From Octopus sinensis (taxonomy: Eukaryota): DNA of 14,434 bases. The DNA lies in assembly GCF_006345805.1 (NCBI RefSeq), contig NW_021825856.1, positions 1 to 14,434 on the forward strand, in the 5' to 3' direction. The notes under the pieces are model-generated. The model did no database searches and was not told the DNA's origin. It saw nothing but the letters and a program-made list of their open reading frames with translations. The translations under genes were made by a program, and so were the position numbers. This document shows positions 1 to 8,216 of this stretch, in pieces. How positions within the stretch are numbered: the first letter of the stretch is position 1; each line of letters opens with the position of its first letter.

Positions 1-54
1 ATTTATGTCTATCTATCTATCTGTATATTTACAGCTGTTTTATTCTCGTTCTTG

Positions 55-69
55 TATATATATGTGTAT

Positions 70-105
<36 letters not shown>

Positions 106-272
106 CTGTATGTGTATGTATACGGGTATGTATTATATTTATATATGCAAACATATATGTATATAATATATATATAGTACATATATATATATATTCACAT
201 ATATGCATATATATATATATGTATATATATGTGTGTCTGTTGGTATATATATGTATATATATATACTATATA

Positions 273-304
<32 letters not shown>

Positions 305-441
305 GTATGTATACGGGTATGTATTTATATTTATATATGCAAACATATATGTATATAATTATATATATATAGTACATATATATATATATTCACATAATGC
401 ATATTATATATATGTATATATATGTGTGTCTGTGTGTATTA

Positions 442-490
<49 letters not shown>
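55..490. repeat. (TA)n-rich tract with a ~191-bp tandem duplication
   Basis: Landmarks TACGGGTATG (121 and 312), GCAAACATAT, AGTACAT, TTCACAT and GTGTGTCTGT recur in the same order about 191 bp apart within (TA)n runs. Confidence 0.85.
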
Positions 491-491
<1 letters not shown>

Positions 492-939
492 CTTTCATCT
501 TCTATATTTTTTCAGTCATTTGACTGTAGCCATGCTGGAGCACCGCTTTGAAGATGGTATTCGAACAAATCGATCCCGGAAAATTTTTGTCACGTGTGGT
601 CACTATTCTATCGAACCGTTGTGTCGAACCGCTAGGTGACTGTGAATAAGCAAACTGATACAGATTGTCAAGCTGCATGAGGGACGAGCAAACAGAAACT
701 CACACACATACATAAACAACCACATTTAAGCACACACATACAGACACACACACATGCGCGCGCGCGCACACACACACATGACGGATTTCTATCAGTGAAC
801 TGTATCAAATGCACTCAGAAGGCTCTGGTTAACCCAGGGCTTCAGTGGGAGGAACATGCCCCAAATGCACACAGCGGGACTGAACCCAGAACCATGTGGT
901 TTGCAGCAAACTTCTTAACGCACAGCGACGCCTGCGCCT
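492..939 (-). mobile_element. tRNA-derived SINE, family A, diverged near-full-length copy
   Basis: Minus strand starts AGGCGCAGGCGTCGCTGTGCGTTAAG with a B-box-like GGTTCAGTCCC, has an internal (GT)n tract, and ends GCGGTGCTCCAGCATGGCTACAGTCAAATGACTGAAA. Collinear with the copy at 6765-7173. Confidence 0.85.
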
Positions 940-1022
940 ACAGGTATGTATTTATTTATTTAGGTCTCTGTGTGTGTGTGAGTGTGTGCGAATGTGTGTG
1001 CATTTATAACATATGTAATATA

Positions 1023-1611
1023 CAAGGTGTCCCAGATGTCGTGCACCACCCTGGTTTTTTAAAAGAATACACCCTTATTGATTTCAAAAACACCTTATTG
1101 AAATTGATTGTAGCAAATGCTCAAATTGATAACATGCAGAAAAAAATATACTCTTTATATATAAAAGAGGGGTTGTGTGCTGTCTGTCTTCTACGATTTA
1201 GATTCCTAACTACTCCCACATTTTGCGGTGCAGTTTAACCAAAACCGGGTATCTTATAGTCGTGATTCATATCGAGCCCTTCTGGGTATTAGCGCGCGTG
1301 TACGATGAGTCTACGATTTAAAAAAAAGATTACCATCAATTTTCCCCATTTTTAATACATTTTGGCATATATAAGGGAAGTAACTCTCTAAAAATTTATT
1401 ATTAAATCTCAGAACGTATAAAGCTACAGTAACACCCCCCTTTATGGTTAGCCATATTGAGATGGCTATTATACTTTACATCTCTAAAAATGCTTATATA
1501 GTTATTTCCCTTACAAACCCGAGCAACACCGGGCGATACTGCTAGTAAAATATAATGCTTTAATTACTTTAAATGAAAACCAGAATGGTGCGCGACTTCT
1601 GGGACACCCTG
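1023..1611. mobile_element. Tc1/mariner-type MITE with 36-bp TIRs and TA target duplication
   Basis: 1023-1058 CAAGGTGTCCCAGATGTCGTGCACCACCCTGGTTTT matches the reverse complement of 1576-1611 at 31/36. TA at 1021-1022 and 1612-1613. No coding capacity. Confidence 0.9.
1152..1545 (+). mobile_element. Non-autonomous Helitron nested in the MITE
   Basis: 5' TCTTTATATATAAAAG. 3' GC-rich hairpin CCCG-AGCAACAC-CGGG (1518-1533), an 8-nt spacer, then CTAG (1542-1545) followed by T. No TSD. The base before the 5' TC is C rather than the canonical A, so the 5' boundary may be off by a few bases. Confidence 0.8.
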
Positions 1612-1622
1612 TATAATATATA

Positions 1623-1680
1623 GGTGGCCTGATAAATAGGTTTCCGGGCTGTTGCCATAGAAGCAAAGCTAATGCACGCA
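1623..1680 (+). mobile_element. Isolated mariner terminal fragment
   Basis: Ungapped 43/58 match to the mariner end at 2015-2072, in the same orientation and also preceded by TA. Confidence 0.7.
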
Positions 1681-1933
1681 TATATGTGTGTGTGTGTGTA
1701 TGTGTGTGTATGTGTGTGTATATGTTTGTGTGTCTGTGTTTGTCCCCTCAACATCACTTGACAACCGATGGTAGTGTGTTTACGTCCCCGTAAATTGGCG
1801 GTTCGGCAAAAGAAACCGATAGAATAAGTACCAGACTTCCAAAGAATAAGTTTTGATATCGATTTGCTCGAATAAAGGCGGTGCTCCAGCATGGCCGCAA
1901 ATCAAATGGCTGAAACAAGTAAAAGAGTAAAAG
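1681..1933 (+). mobile_element. SINE family A, 3' half
   Basis: (TG)n, then CTTGACAACCGATG...GGTTCGGCAAAAGAAACCGATAGAATAAGTACC...GGCGGTGCTCCAGCATGGCC...GAAACAAGTAAAAGAGTAAAAG, which is the reverse complement of ~6775-6965. Confidence 0.9.
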
Positions 1934-2209
1934 TGTTACTGCATTCGTCAGAAATTCGAATAGCAAAACGGAGACATACGTATTGACATGAAAACGAAAG
2001 TATATCGTAATATACGTGGTCTAATCTACAAGTATCCGGGCTGTTGCTATGGTAACGAAGCTAAAGCATGCAGAGTAAAAGCCGCATGGCACTGATTGAC
2101 CTTGAACTCTGCTGTGCAAGCGCACTAAGTTTCAACATTCTAGCTCACTTCTACTTTTTACAGCAGTGCTTGGAGTGAAGGCGTGTAATGTGTGATCGTC
2201 GCATTGATC

Positions 2210-2290
2210 ATGAAAGAGAAAGTTGAGCCGAGAATCTGCTTCAAATTTTGCCAAAAGGTTGGTGATACCGGATCAGAGGCCTACGCATAG
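2210..2290 (+). pseudogene. Mariner transposase N-terminal fragment
   Basis: MKEKVEPRICFKFCQKVGDTGSEAYA* resembles the EQRxCIKFCxKLGxTxxEAY start of the first mariner HTH. Confidence 0.8.
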
Positions 2291-2700
2291 TTTTCAAAAA
2301 GTTTTCATCGGTCTTGACACAATCAAGGAGATCTTGCGCAACTGAAACCCGAGTTTCTTTTTGGTCAGCTGAAAGCAGTTTTGGTATAGACTTAGCATAC
2401 ACCAGTGTCATACCCAAATCTCCAGTGATAATGGACAGAACCGAACGGTAACTAATCTGCAAAACTCCTGATATCTCACGGATGTTGATCCGAAAATTTC
2501 TCTCACAGCTGCACGCACATCTGCGATGTTTTTCTCAGTTCTGCTGGTTGCGGGTCTGCCATAACGTTCGCCTATATCGACATTTTTTCGGCCATCTTGG
2601 AAACGTCTGACCCACTCATACACTCGTGTGCGGCTCTTACTCTCTCCTCTCCATACATTTTCTGCAACTTCATGTAGGCTTCTGAGCATGTATCGTCATG
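2290..2700 (-). pseudogene. Mariner transposase DNA-binding region, frameshifted, no catalytic domain
   Basis: Three frames join: DTCSEAYMKLQKMYGEE / SRTRVYEWVRRFQDGRKNVDIGERYGRPATSRTEKNIADVRAAVRE / ISYRSVLSIITGDLGMTLVYAKSIPKLLSADQKETRVSVAQDLLDCVKTDENFLKT. Contains GRP and WVP(K/H)xL-like motifs and stops just before the expected first catalytic Asp. Confidence 0.9.
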
Positions 2701-2707
2701 ACAAATT

Positions 2708-2770
2708 GCTGGTGCTCCAGCATGGCCGCAGTAGAATGACTGAAACAAGTAAAAGAATAAAAGAATAAAA
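2708..2770 (+). mobile_element. SINE family A or partner-LINE 3' tail only
   Basis: GGTGCTCCAGCATGGCCGCAGTAGAATGACTGAAACAAGTAAAAGAATAAAAGAATAAAA. Confidence 0.8.
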
Positions 2771-2832
2771 GACAGCTGTATGCAATATTTTACCAAAATG
2801 GAAAATTATATTTCTCTCTGAATATCGCTACC

Positions 2833-2912
2833 TATGTATACAGGTATGTGTATGTATGTGTGAGTGTGTGTGTGTGTGTGTGGTGTGTGTGTGTGTATGT
2901 GTGTGTGTGTGT
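2833..2912. repeat. (TG)n microsatellite
   Basis: Visible dinucleotide run. Confidence 0.95.
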
Positions 2913-2919
2913 ATTAATA

Positions 2920-3272
2920 TATTACAGTTCTATATTTAAGAGATGAGGAATTATGTACATTATTTCCATTATTTACAGTATTTACATTCAACGGATATTT
3001 GTCCTCATCTTGTGTGTTGTTAACACAACGTTTCGGCTGATATACCCTCCAGCCTTCTTCGGGTGTCTTGGGAAAATTTCGAACCTGGGTTCGCATTCCT
3101 ATGGTATTTTTCGATGTTGATATCATTATTATCATTATTGTTGTTGTTGTTGTTGTTGTTGTTCAAGTCAATGCTTGGAATCGAAGTAGGAATCTTGGAG
3201 TTAGTAGTCCGCGCTCTTAACCACTCCGCGATATGCCCGTGGTCATATGGCGTAGTGGTGAAGAGCGCAGGC
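2920..3272 (-). mobile_element. tRNA-headed, hammerhead-containing short retroelement with an inverted partial second head
   Basis: Minus strand from 3238: GGGCATATCGCGGAGTGGTTAAGAGCGCGG (A-box-like), CTTCGATTCC (B-box-like), (AAC)n/(AAT)n, hammerhead motif at 3067-3022, AT-rich 3' part. 3241-3268 is an inverted copy of the head (24/28). Confidence 0.75.
3022..3067 (-). ncRNA. Minimal type I hammerhead ribozyme motif (U4C variant)
   Basis: GACAC-CCGAAGA-A-GGCUG-gaggguauau-CAGCC-GAAAC-GUU-GUGUU: helix I GACAC/GUGUU, helix II GGCUG/CAGCC, palindromic AACGUU in place of helix III. Confidence 0.7.
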
Positions 3273-3429
3273 ACATGAAATAACATGAAATAACAAACAA
3301 CAACAACAACAACAGAGAAAATTTTAGGAAAAATAAATAAATGAGTGGAAACTTTGACAGTGAGTGTGTTAAGTAATAAGGCACTAAAAGAGACTGACTC
3401 TACCCAGATACAACAAAATATACGTATGT

Positions 3430-3920
3430 ATACCGTTTTCTATCTGTCTCTCTCCCCCTCTTTCTCCTTTACTCTCTCTCTTTCTCTCGTTGCTGACACG
3501 TGACCATCGTCCATCTTTCTTTTTCTTCAGCCCTGTCATAGAGACTGCACGTATTCTATATGTCTCATTATTCTATCTTTTCTCCAGCGTTCAATATTTT
3601 AACTTCGTTTGGTCTAACAATCCTCCATGTTTGTTTTCCGTTTCATTGTATGTCCTGTTTTTGTTACCAGCTTTGACCCTACGCAAATCCCAAATTTTAT
3701 TTTGTTTTTTGCGGGAGCAACTGCCTTCGATGTCTCATATTGTCGTTCAATGCTCAAAATGAGGAGGAGATGGACATCCGACAACTGATGAAGGGCCGTT
3801 TTTTATGTTACTTGTCCTGTTTTTCATTTGTTTCTCTCCTTGTTTGCGTATCAACTCATTTGTTTTCGTATTTCATGTTGTTTACGGTTTGTGACGTCCT
3901 GTACCCATATATGCTTATGT
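3430..3920 (+). repeat. Unclassified pyrimidine-rich repeat, possibly a decayed PLE terminal-repeat-like sequence
   Basis: Layout similar to 5597-5795: CT-rich run and T-rich 3' part ending in (TG)n. Contains a half hammerhead core CTGATGA at 3785. Family not established. Confidence 0.3.
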
Positions 3921-3940
3921 GTGTGTGTGTGTACATATAT

Positions 3941-4355
3941 GGGCTTTGGGTATGCTGGGTCACAGCCAGTGTTGTTACTTTTTCAATGGCCATTCTTTCG
4001 TGATTACCCTTTGGTGTCGGAGCTAGTTCGATATTGTTGTCCTGCTTCAAGAGTCTTGCCGTGATTTACTTTCATCTCGGAACTTCGACAACAGGAGGTC
4101 AATTTGTTTCGTAATAACCTCTAGCTCTTCTCTATGTAAATCTCTCAGTAGCTTTGAGCAAGTTATTAAATAACGATGGGTTTTCGAAACCCAAGCCGTT
4201 GCAGTACATGGTCTTCATTTGGAACAGTACAGTGACGTCCAGCTCGAGGAGTGGTATAGCTCTCCATACCAAAATTTGCGTGTGTCTGTGTGTCCTAAAT
4301 ATTGAAGATATTTTCCATTCTATATACTTCAATCTTCTTCTCAATATGCACAATT
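3941..4355 (-). mobile_element. 3' end of a decayed LINE (CR1/L2-group-like ORF2 C-terminus plus 3' UTR)
   Basis: Joined frames NFGMESYTTPRAGRHCTVP / KTMYCNGLGFENPSLFNNLLK / LRDLHREELEVITKQIDLLLSKFRDESKSRQ fit the P.LFN.LP..LR......FK..LD..L pattern of LINE ORF2 C-termini, with frameshifts and stops. The segment above ~4290 is uncertain. Confidence 0.75.
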
Positions 4356-4404
4356 CTTCCCATGTAAGTCCTTGTTTTGTGTTCTTTGATGGTGTGTTGG
4401 CTTG

Positions 4405-4700
4405 TTGCTTTGTTTGTTTGTTTGTTTTTTCCTTCGCTCCTTCGTTCCTTCCTACTTTCGTTCCTTCCTTCCGTTGTTCCTTTCTTCTTTCTTTCTTCCT
4501 TCCTTCCTTCGTTTCTTTCTTTCTTTCTTTCCTTCCTTCCTTCTTTCTTTCTTTCTTTCTTTCTTTCTTTGTTAGTTTGTTTGTTTGTTTGTTTGTTTGT
4601 TTCTTTCTTTCTTTCCATTCTGTCTTTCTGTTCTTTTGTCACTCTGTTCTTTTTTCTTTCCTTTGGTGGACTTTTCTGTCGTTCTCCTCTTCCGCCTTCT
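4405..4700. repeat. (TTTG)n/(TTCC)n/(TTTC)n low-complexity tract
   Basis: Visible tetranucleotide runs; source of the F/L/S-rich and K/E/R-rich spurious ORFs. Confidence 0.95.
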
Positions 4701-4735
4701 CCACCACACCCCCATCCCACACCCAATTCCGCCGA

Positions 4736-4773
<38 letters not shown>

Positions 4774-4774
4774 G

Positions 4775-4830
<56 letters not shown>

Positions 4831-4862
4831 GCTGCTACTCCTCCTGCTGCTGCTGCTGTTGC
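4736..4862. repeat. Compound trinucleotide repeat (GCC)12-(CTA)18-(CTG)n
   Basis: GCC x12 at 4736-4771, CTA x18 at 4775-4828, then imperfect CTG. Confidence 0.95.
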
Positions 4863-5130
4863 AACTGTTTCCTTTTTCACTGCTCCAAATGTTGTTACAA
4901 TTTTAAACTCTTCGAACCCTAGTCTATTATTTAGGAAGCTGTGTGTATGGATGCTTTCGTGTGTGTATGTATGTGTGCGTGTGTGTGTATGTGTGTAGTA
5001 GTGTGAATGTGTGTGTGAGTGTGTGGAAGGAACGATGTCTTCAGTTTTCTTCGCATTAGCGATCTTCATACTCCGTTAAATATTTATAGTATTTCGAATA
5101 ATGTTGTAATGGTGTCTGATTTAATATCTT

Positions 5131-5207
5131 TAATAATAATAATAATAATAATAATGATAATAATAATAATAATGATAATGATGATAATAATAATAATGAT
5201 GATGTTT

Positions 5208-5242
<35 letters not shown>

Positions 5243-5312
5243 AATGATGATGATAATTGTCATATAATGATAATAATAACAATAATAATAATAATAAGGG
5301 CGACAATATTAA
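5131..5312. repeat. (AAT)n/(GAT)n microsatellite, probably the expanded tail of the adjacent SINE
   Basis: Visible runs abutting the 3' end of the minus-strand SINE at 5313. Confidence 0.9.
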
Positions 5313-5468
5313 TAATCCTTTCTACCATAGGCACAAGGCATGACATTTCGGGAGAAAGGACCAGTGAATTACGTACCTCGCCCCTACCAGTGCTCGACTG
5401 GTTATTTTACAGATAACGAAAGGATGAAAGAGAACGCCGACCCCGGCGAAATTTGAACTCAGAACATA
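5313..5468 (-). mobile_element. 5'-truncated tRNA-derived SINE, family D (Meta-domain-like core)
   Basis: Minus strand: B-box GAGTTCAAATT, then CTTTCATCCTTTCG...AAAATAACCAG (a degenerate match to the MetaSINE-type central motif), ending GTAGAAAGGATT-(ATT)n. Confidence 0.7.
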
Positions 5469-5596
5469 CAAAATTTCGTATGTGTAGTCGTCTAGTAAAC
5501 TGGCTGAAGTCGGTCTCTCATGCTATATTGTATAAAGATTAAGATATATGTATGATTATATTACGTATTACACATGTATGCATGTGTATATACATA

Positions 5597-5795
5597 CATG
5601 TCCGAGCCAGTCGCCATGATAGGTCGTTCGCCACTACACACATTTTTTTCTCTCCTTGTTTTTTGTCCCTTTCTGTAGAAGAGCGTAGGCTCGAAACGTA
5701 AAAGACTTTTTCTATTCATGAGCGTTATACTAATACATCTGTTTGTTTTGTAAACCACCTGTCTTCGTCTTTTGTTCTTTTCGTAAATTCTCCCC
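5597..5795 (+). mobile_element. PLE terminal-repeat-like fragment with hammerhead motif
   Basis: Pyrimidine run, hammerhead-like core, TGAGCG..TAATAC and T-rich tail, flanked by (TA/CA) microsatellite. Same layout as 12058-12215. Confidence 0.6.
5665..5706 (+). ncRNA. Minimal hammerhead ribozyme-like motif (A6U variant)
   Basis: CUUU-CUGUAGA-A-GAGC-guag-GCUC-GAAAC-GUA-AAAG: helix I CUUU/AAAG, helix II GAGC/GCUC, palindromic ACGU. Confidence 0.6.
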
Positions 5796-5879
5796 ATACA
5801 TACATACATGCGTACATATACATGCATATGTATACATATACAAAAATATGTATATATACTTATATATATATGTGTGTGT

Positions 5880-5920
<41 letters not shown>

Positions 5921-5937
5921 CGTGTATATATTCATGT

Positions 5938-6215
5938 GGAGGCACTCGCGGTCGAGGGATCGCGAGTTGGAATCTCAGACTGAGCGATGTGTGTTTATGA
6001 GCGAAACACCTAAGCTCCATGCGGCTCCGGCAGAAAGTAATGGCGAACTTCTGCTGACTCTTTCGCCACAACTTTCTCTCACTCTTTCCTCCTGCATCTT
6101 GCAGTTCACCTGCGACCGTCCAGGTGGGGAACCTATACGCCAAGGAAACCGGGAAACCGGCCCTTATGAGCCAGGTATGGCTCGAGAAGGAACAAACAAA
6201 CAACAAAAAAAAGAC
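5938..6215 (+). mobile_element. tRNA-derived SINE, family B, A-box deleted
   Basis: Collinear with 7428-7744 (GAGCGAAA.CAC.TAA, GCGGCTCCGGCAG, CAACTTTCTCTCACTCTTTC, GAAACCGGGAAACCGG). A-rich tail. Possible TSD ATATTCATGT (5928-5937) / ATATGCATGT (6216-6225). Confidence 0.85.
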
Positions 6216-6764
6216 ATATGCATGTACACATGCATATGCATATGTATATATGCATGTGTGTGTGTATGTATGTTTATATACGCATCATCATCATCTTCAT
6301 CGTCATTATCAGTCGCAGCAGCAGGAGTAGAGCAGCAGAATCATCGTCGCTAGAAATACTAGTCGGTTCTTCCTCAAATCTTATCCTAGCCACGTGTTAT
6401 ATATATATATATATATATATTTTGCACTACCAACACTACCAACTATTGTGAGCTTTTTGCCCACAGCAAAGGGCTAATGAAAGAAGACCTCATTTTTGTC
6501 AACGCTCCAAGCACAAAGCAAAAACGATGTACAACAGTAGCGATAGTAACATAAACAATTGCAACAGTAAGTGCAGCAACAGCAACTAAAATAAAAAAAA
6601 TAGCAGCAACAGCAGTAGCAGCAGCAGTAACAGGAGCAGCAGCAACGCCGTCGGGAACTGAAATCCTCAGAACAAAAAGAACAACGAAACAATGCCAGAT
6701 TTGCCCTCTTCCGCAGTAAAACGCAAACACGTTGGCAACGATAGACGTAGATATTCCGCATTCC

Positions 6765-7173
6765 CTTTTACATTCTTTTACTCTTTTACTTGTTTCAGTC
6801 ATGTGACTGTGGTCATGCTGGAGCACCGCCTTTAGTCGAGCAAATCGACCCTAGGACTTATTCTTTGGAAGCCTAGTACTTATTCTATCGGTCTCTTTTG
6901 CCGAACCGCTAAGTTACGGGGACGTAAGCACACCAACATTGGTTGTCAAGCGATATTGGGGGAACAAACACATACACGCAAACATATACACACACATACA
7001 TACATATACTTATTACGACGGTCTTCTTTCAGTTTCCGTCTACCAAATCCACTCACAAGGCTTCGGTCGGCCCGAGGCTTTAGTAGAAGACACTTGCCCA
7101 AGATGCCACTCAGTGGGACTGAACCCGGAACAATGTGGTTGGAAAGCAAGCTACTTACCACGCAACCACTCCT
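6765..7173 (-). mobile_element. tRNA-derived SINE, family A, best-preserved copy
   Basis: Minus strand AGGAGTGGTTGCGTGGTAAG (A box), GGTTCAGTCCC (B box), CORE-like CTTGGGCAAGTG, internal (TG/TA)n, 3' stem-loop CAGTCA-CA-TGACTG and a (GTAAAAGA)n tail. Confidence 0.9.
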
Positions 7174-7427
7174 AACTTTTTTGCCTCAAAGATGTCTTCG
7201 TGGGACAAAAGGAGGAATGAATTGATAGAAGAAAAATGACGTTCCAATAAAAAAGAAAAAATCAGCCAGTGTGTGTTTGACCCTTTCATAAACAATCGTA
7301 CATCCATATCGTAACTATTAACACCACAAACGCAATCATAAAACCCTCAATCACAAAGATGCAACAACCACCACCGGAAAGAAAAGTCAGAAGCAAGGCA
7401 CCAATTATGATGAATGAAACAATAAAA

Positions 7428-7744
7428 GGAGGCGCAATGGCCCAGTGGTTAGGGCAGCGGACTCGCGGTCAGAGGATCGCGGTTTTGATTCCCAGACCGG
7501 ACGTTGTGTGTGTTTATTGAGCGAAAACACTTAAAGTTCCACGCGGCTCCGGCAGGGGGTGGTTGCGATCCCTGTTTTACTCTTTCGCCCCAACTTTCTC
7601 TCACTCTTTCTTCCTGTTTCTTGAGTAACGTTGCGATGGACTGGCATCCTGTCTAGCTGGTGGGGGGACACATTTACCATAGAAACCGGGAAACCGGGCC
7701 CATGAGCCAAGCTAGGCTTGAAAAGGTCTAAAAAAAGAAAAAAA
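7428..7744 (+). mobile_element. Full-length tRNA(Arg-like)-derived SINE, family B, with 12-bp TSD
   Basis: A box TGGCCCAGTGG, B-box-like GGTTTTGATTCCC, A-rich tail. GAAACAATAAAA at 7416-7427 and 7745-7756. Confidence 0.92.
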
Positions 7745-7816
7745 GAAACAATAAAAACAACAGCAAAACAAAATCGGTTAAGGGCACAAAATACAGGATC
7801 CTTCGACTTCACTGCC

Positions 7817-7911
7817 TATCTTTTGATAGTTACTTGTTTCAGTATTTGATTGTGCCCATGCTGGGGCACCGCCTCGAAGACATTTTATTTGTATGAATCG
7901 ACCCCATTACT
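7817..7911 (-). mobile_element. SINE family A 3' fragment
   Basis: TACTTGTTTCAGT...CCATGCTGGGGCACCGCC...AATCGACCCC matches 6788-6851. Confidence 0.8.
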
Positions 7912-8099
7912 GATACGATAGTGAGTTGATGAAGTATTTAGCAGAAAACAGGAAAATTCCAAACGGTAGAAAAAAAGTTTACCGAACTGACAGCAAAACC
8001 ATCACACCACAAACAAATATTGAAGGCATTGTCAGGTGTTAACAAAAACATTTTTGGAAAAATTCATTGGAAGCGCCGGACGATTCACACTCGCACTTA

Positions 8100-8216
8100 C
8101 ATTTGATGCTTTGTTTAGAGAGTATCCTTTGTTTGTTGAGCAGTATTCTTCGTCAGTGTAAGATCCAACGTGATTCGCATAATACGTGCATTACCACCCA
8201 TCCAGATGATTTTAAA
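8100..8216 (-). pseudogene. PLE GIY-YIG endonuclease C-terminal remnant (distal part)
   Basis: Minus frames FKIIW, then LCESRWILH*RRILLNKQRILSK, resemble the ...IKW...CxLCLxEKxxIL...LLNKRSELISKCRH end of PLE ORFs. Confidence 0.55.

Larger units (their letters stand above)
2015..2700. mobile_element. Rearranged (fold-back) mariner remnant
   Basis: TA plus terminal sequence at 2013-2072. The + strand carries a transposase start at 2210-2290, joined directly to a minus-strand transposase segment at ~2290-2700. Confidence 0.85.

Noticed and set aside
795-1238. 147-aa ORF
   Set aside because: Crosses a SINE (antisense), a microsatellite, a MITE TIR and a Helitron start, so it is a chance open frame.
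3160-3238. Functional tRNA gene (also considered at 7428-7500 and 13250-13322)
   Set aside because: No complete cloverleaf or acceptor stem, and each continues into repeat body sequence, so these are SINE heads.
3780-3816. GACAA-CTGATGA...TTGTC half-hammerhead
   Set aside because: Helix I-like pairing and CUGAUGA are present, but there is no GAAA box or convincing helix II.
4154-5069. Long overlapping ORFs (250, 181, 165, 143 and 137 aa)
   Set aside because: They are open only because tetra- and trinucleotide repeats lack stops. The products are homopolymers with no domain.
6443-6826. 127-aa hydrophobic, membrane-like ORF
   Set aside because: Begins inside a SINE and runs through degenerate (GCA/ACA)n repeats.
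8021-8040. Minus-strand CTGACAATGCC downstream of the PLE remnant as a terminal-repeat hammerhead
   Set aside because: The core is mismatched and no GAAA or helix follows.
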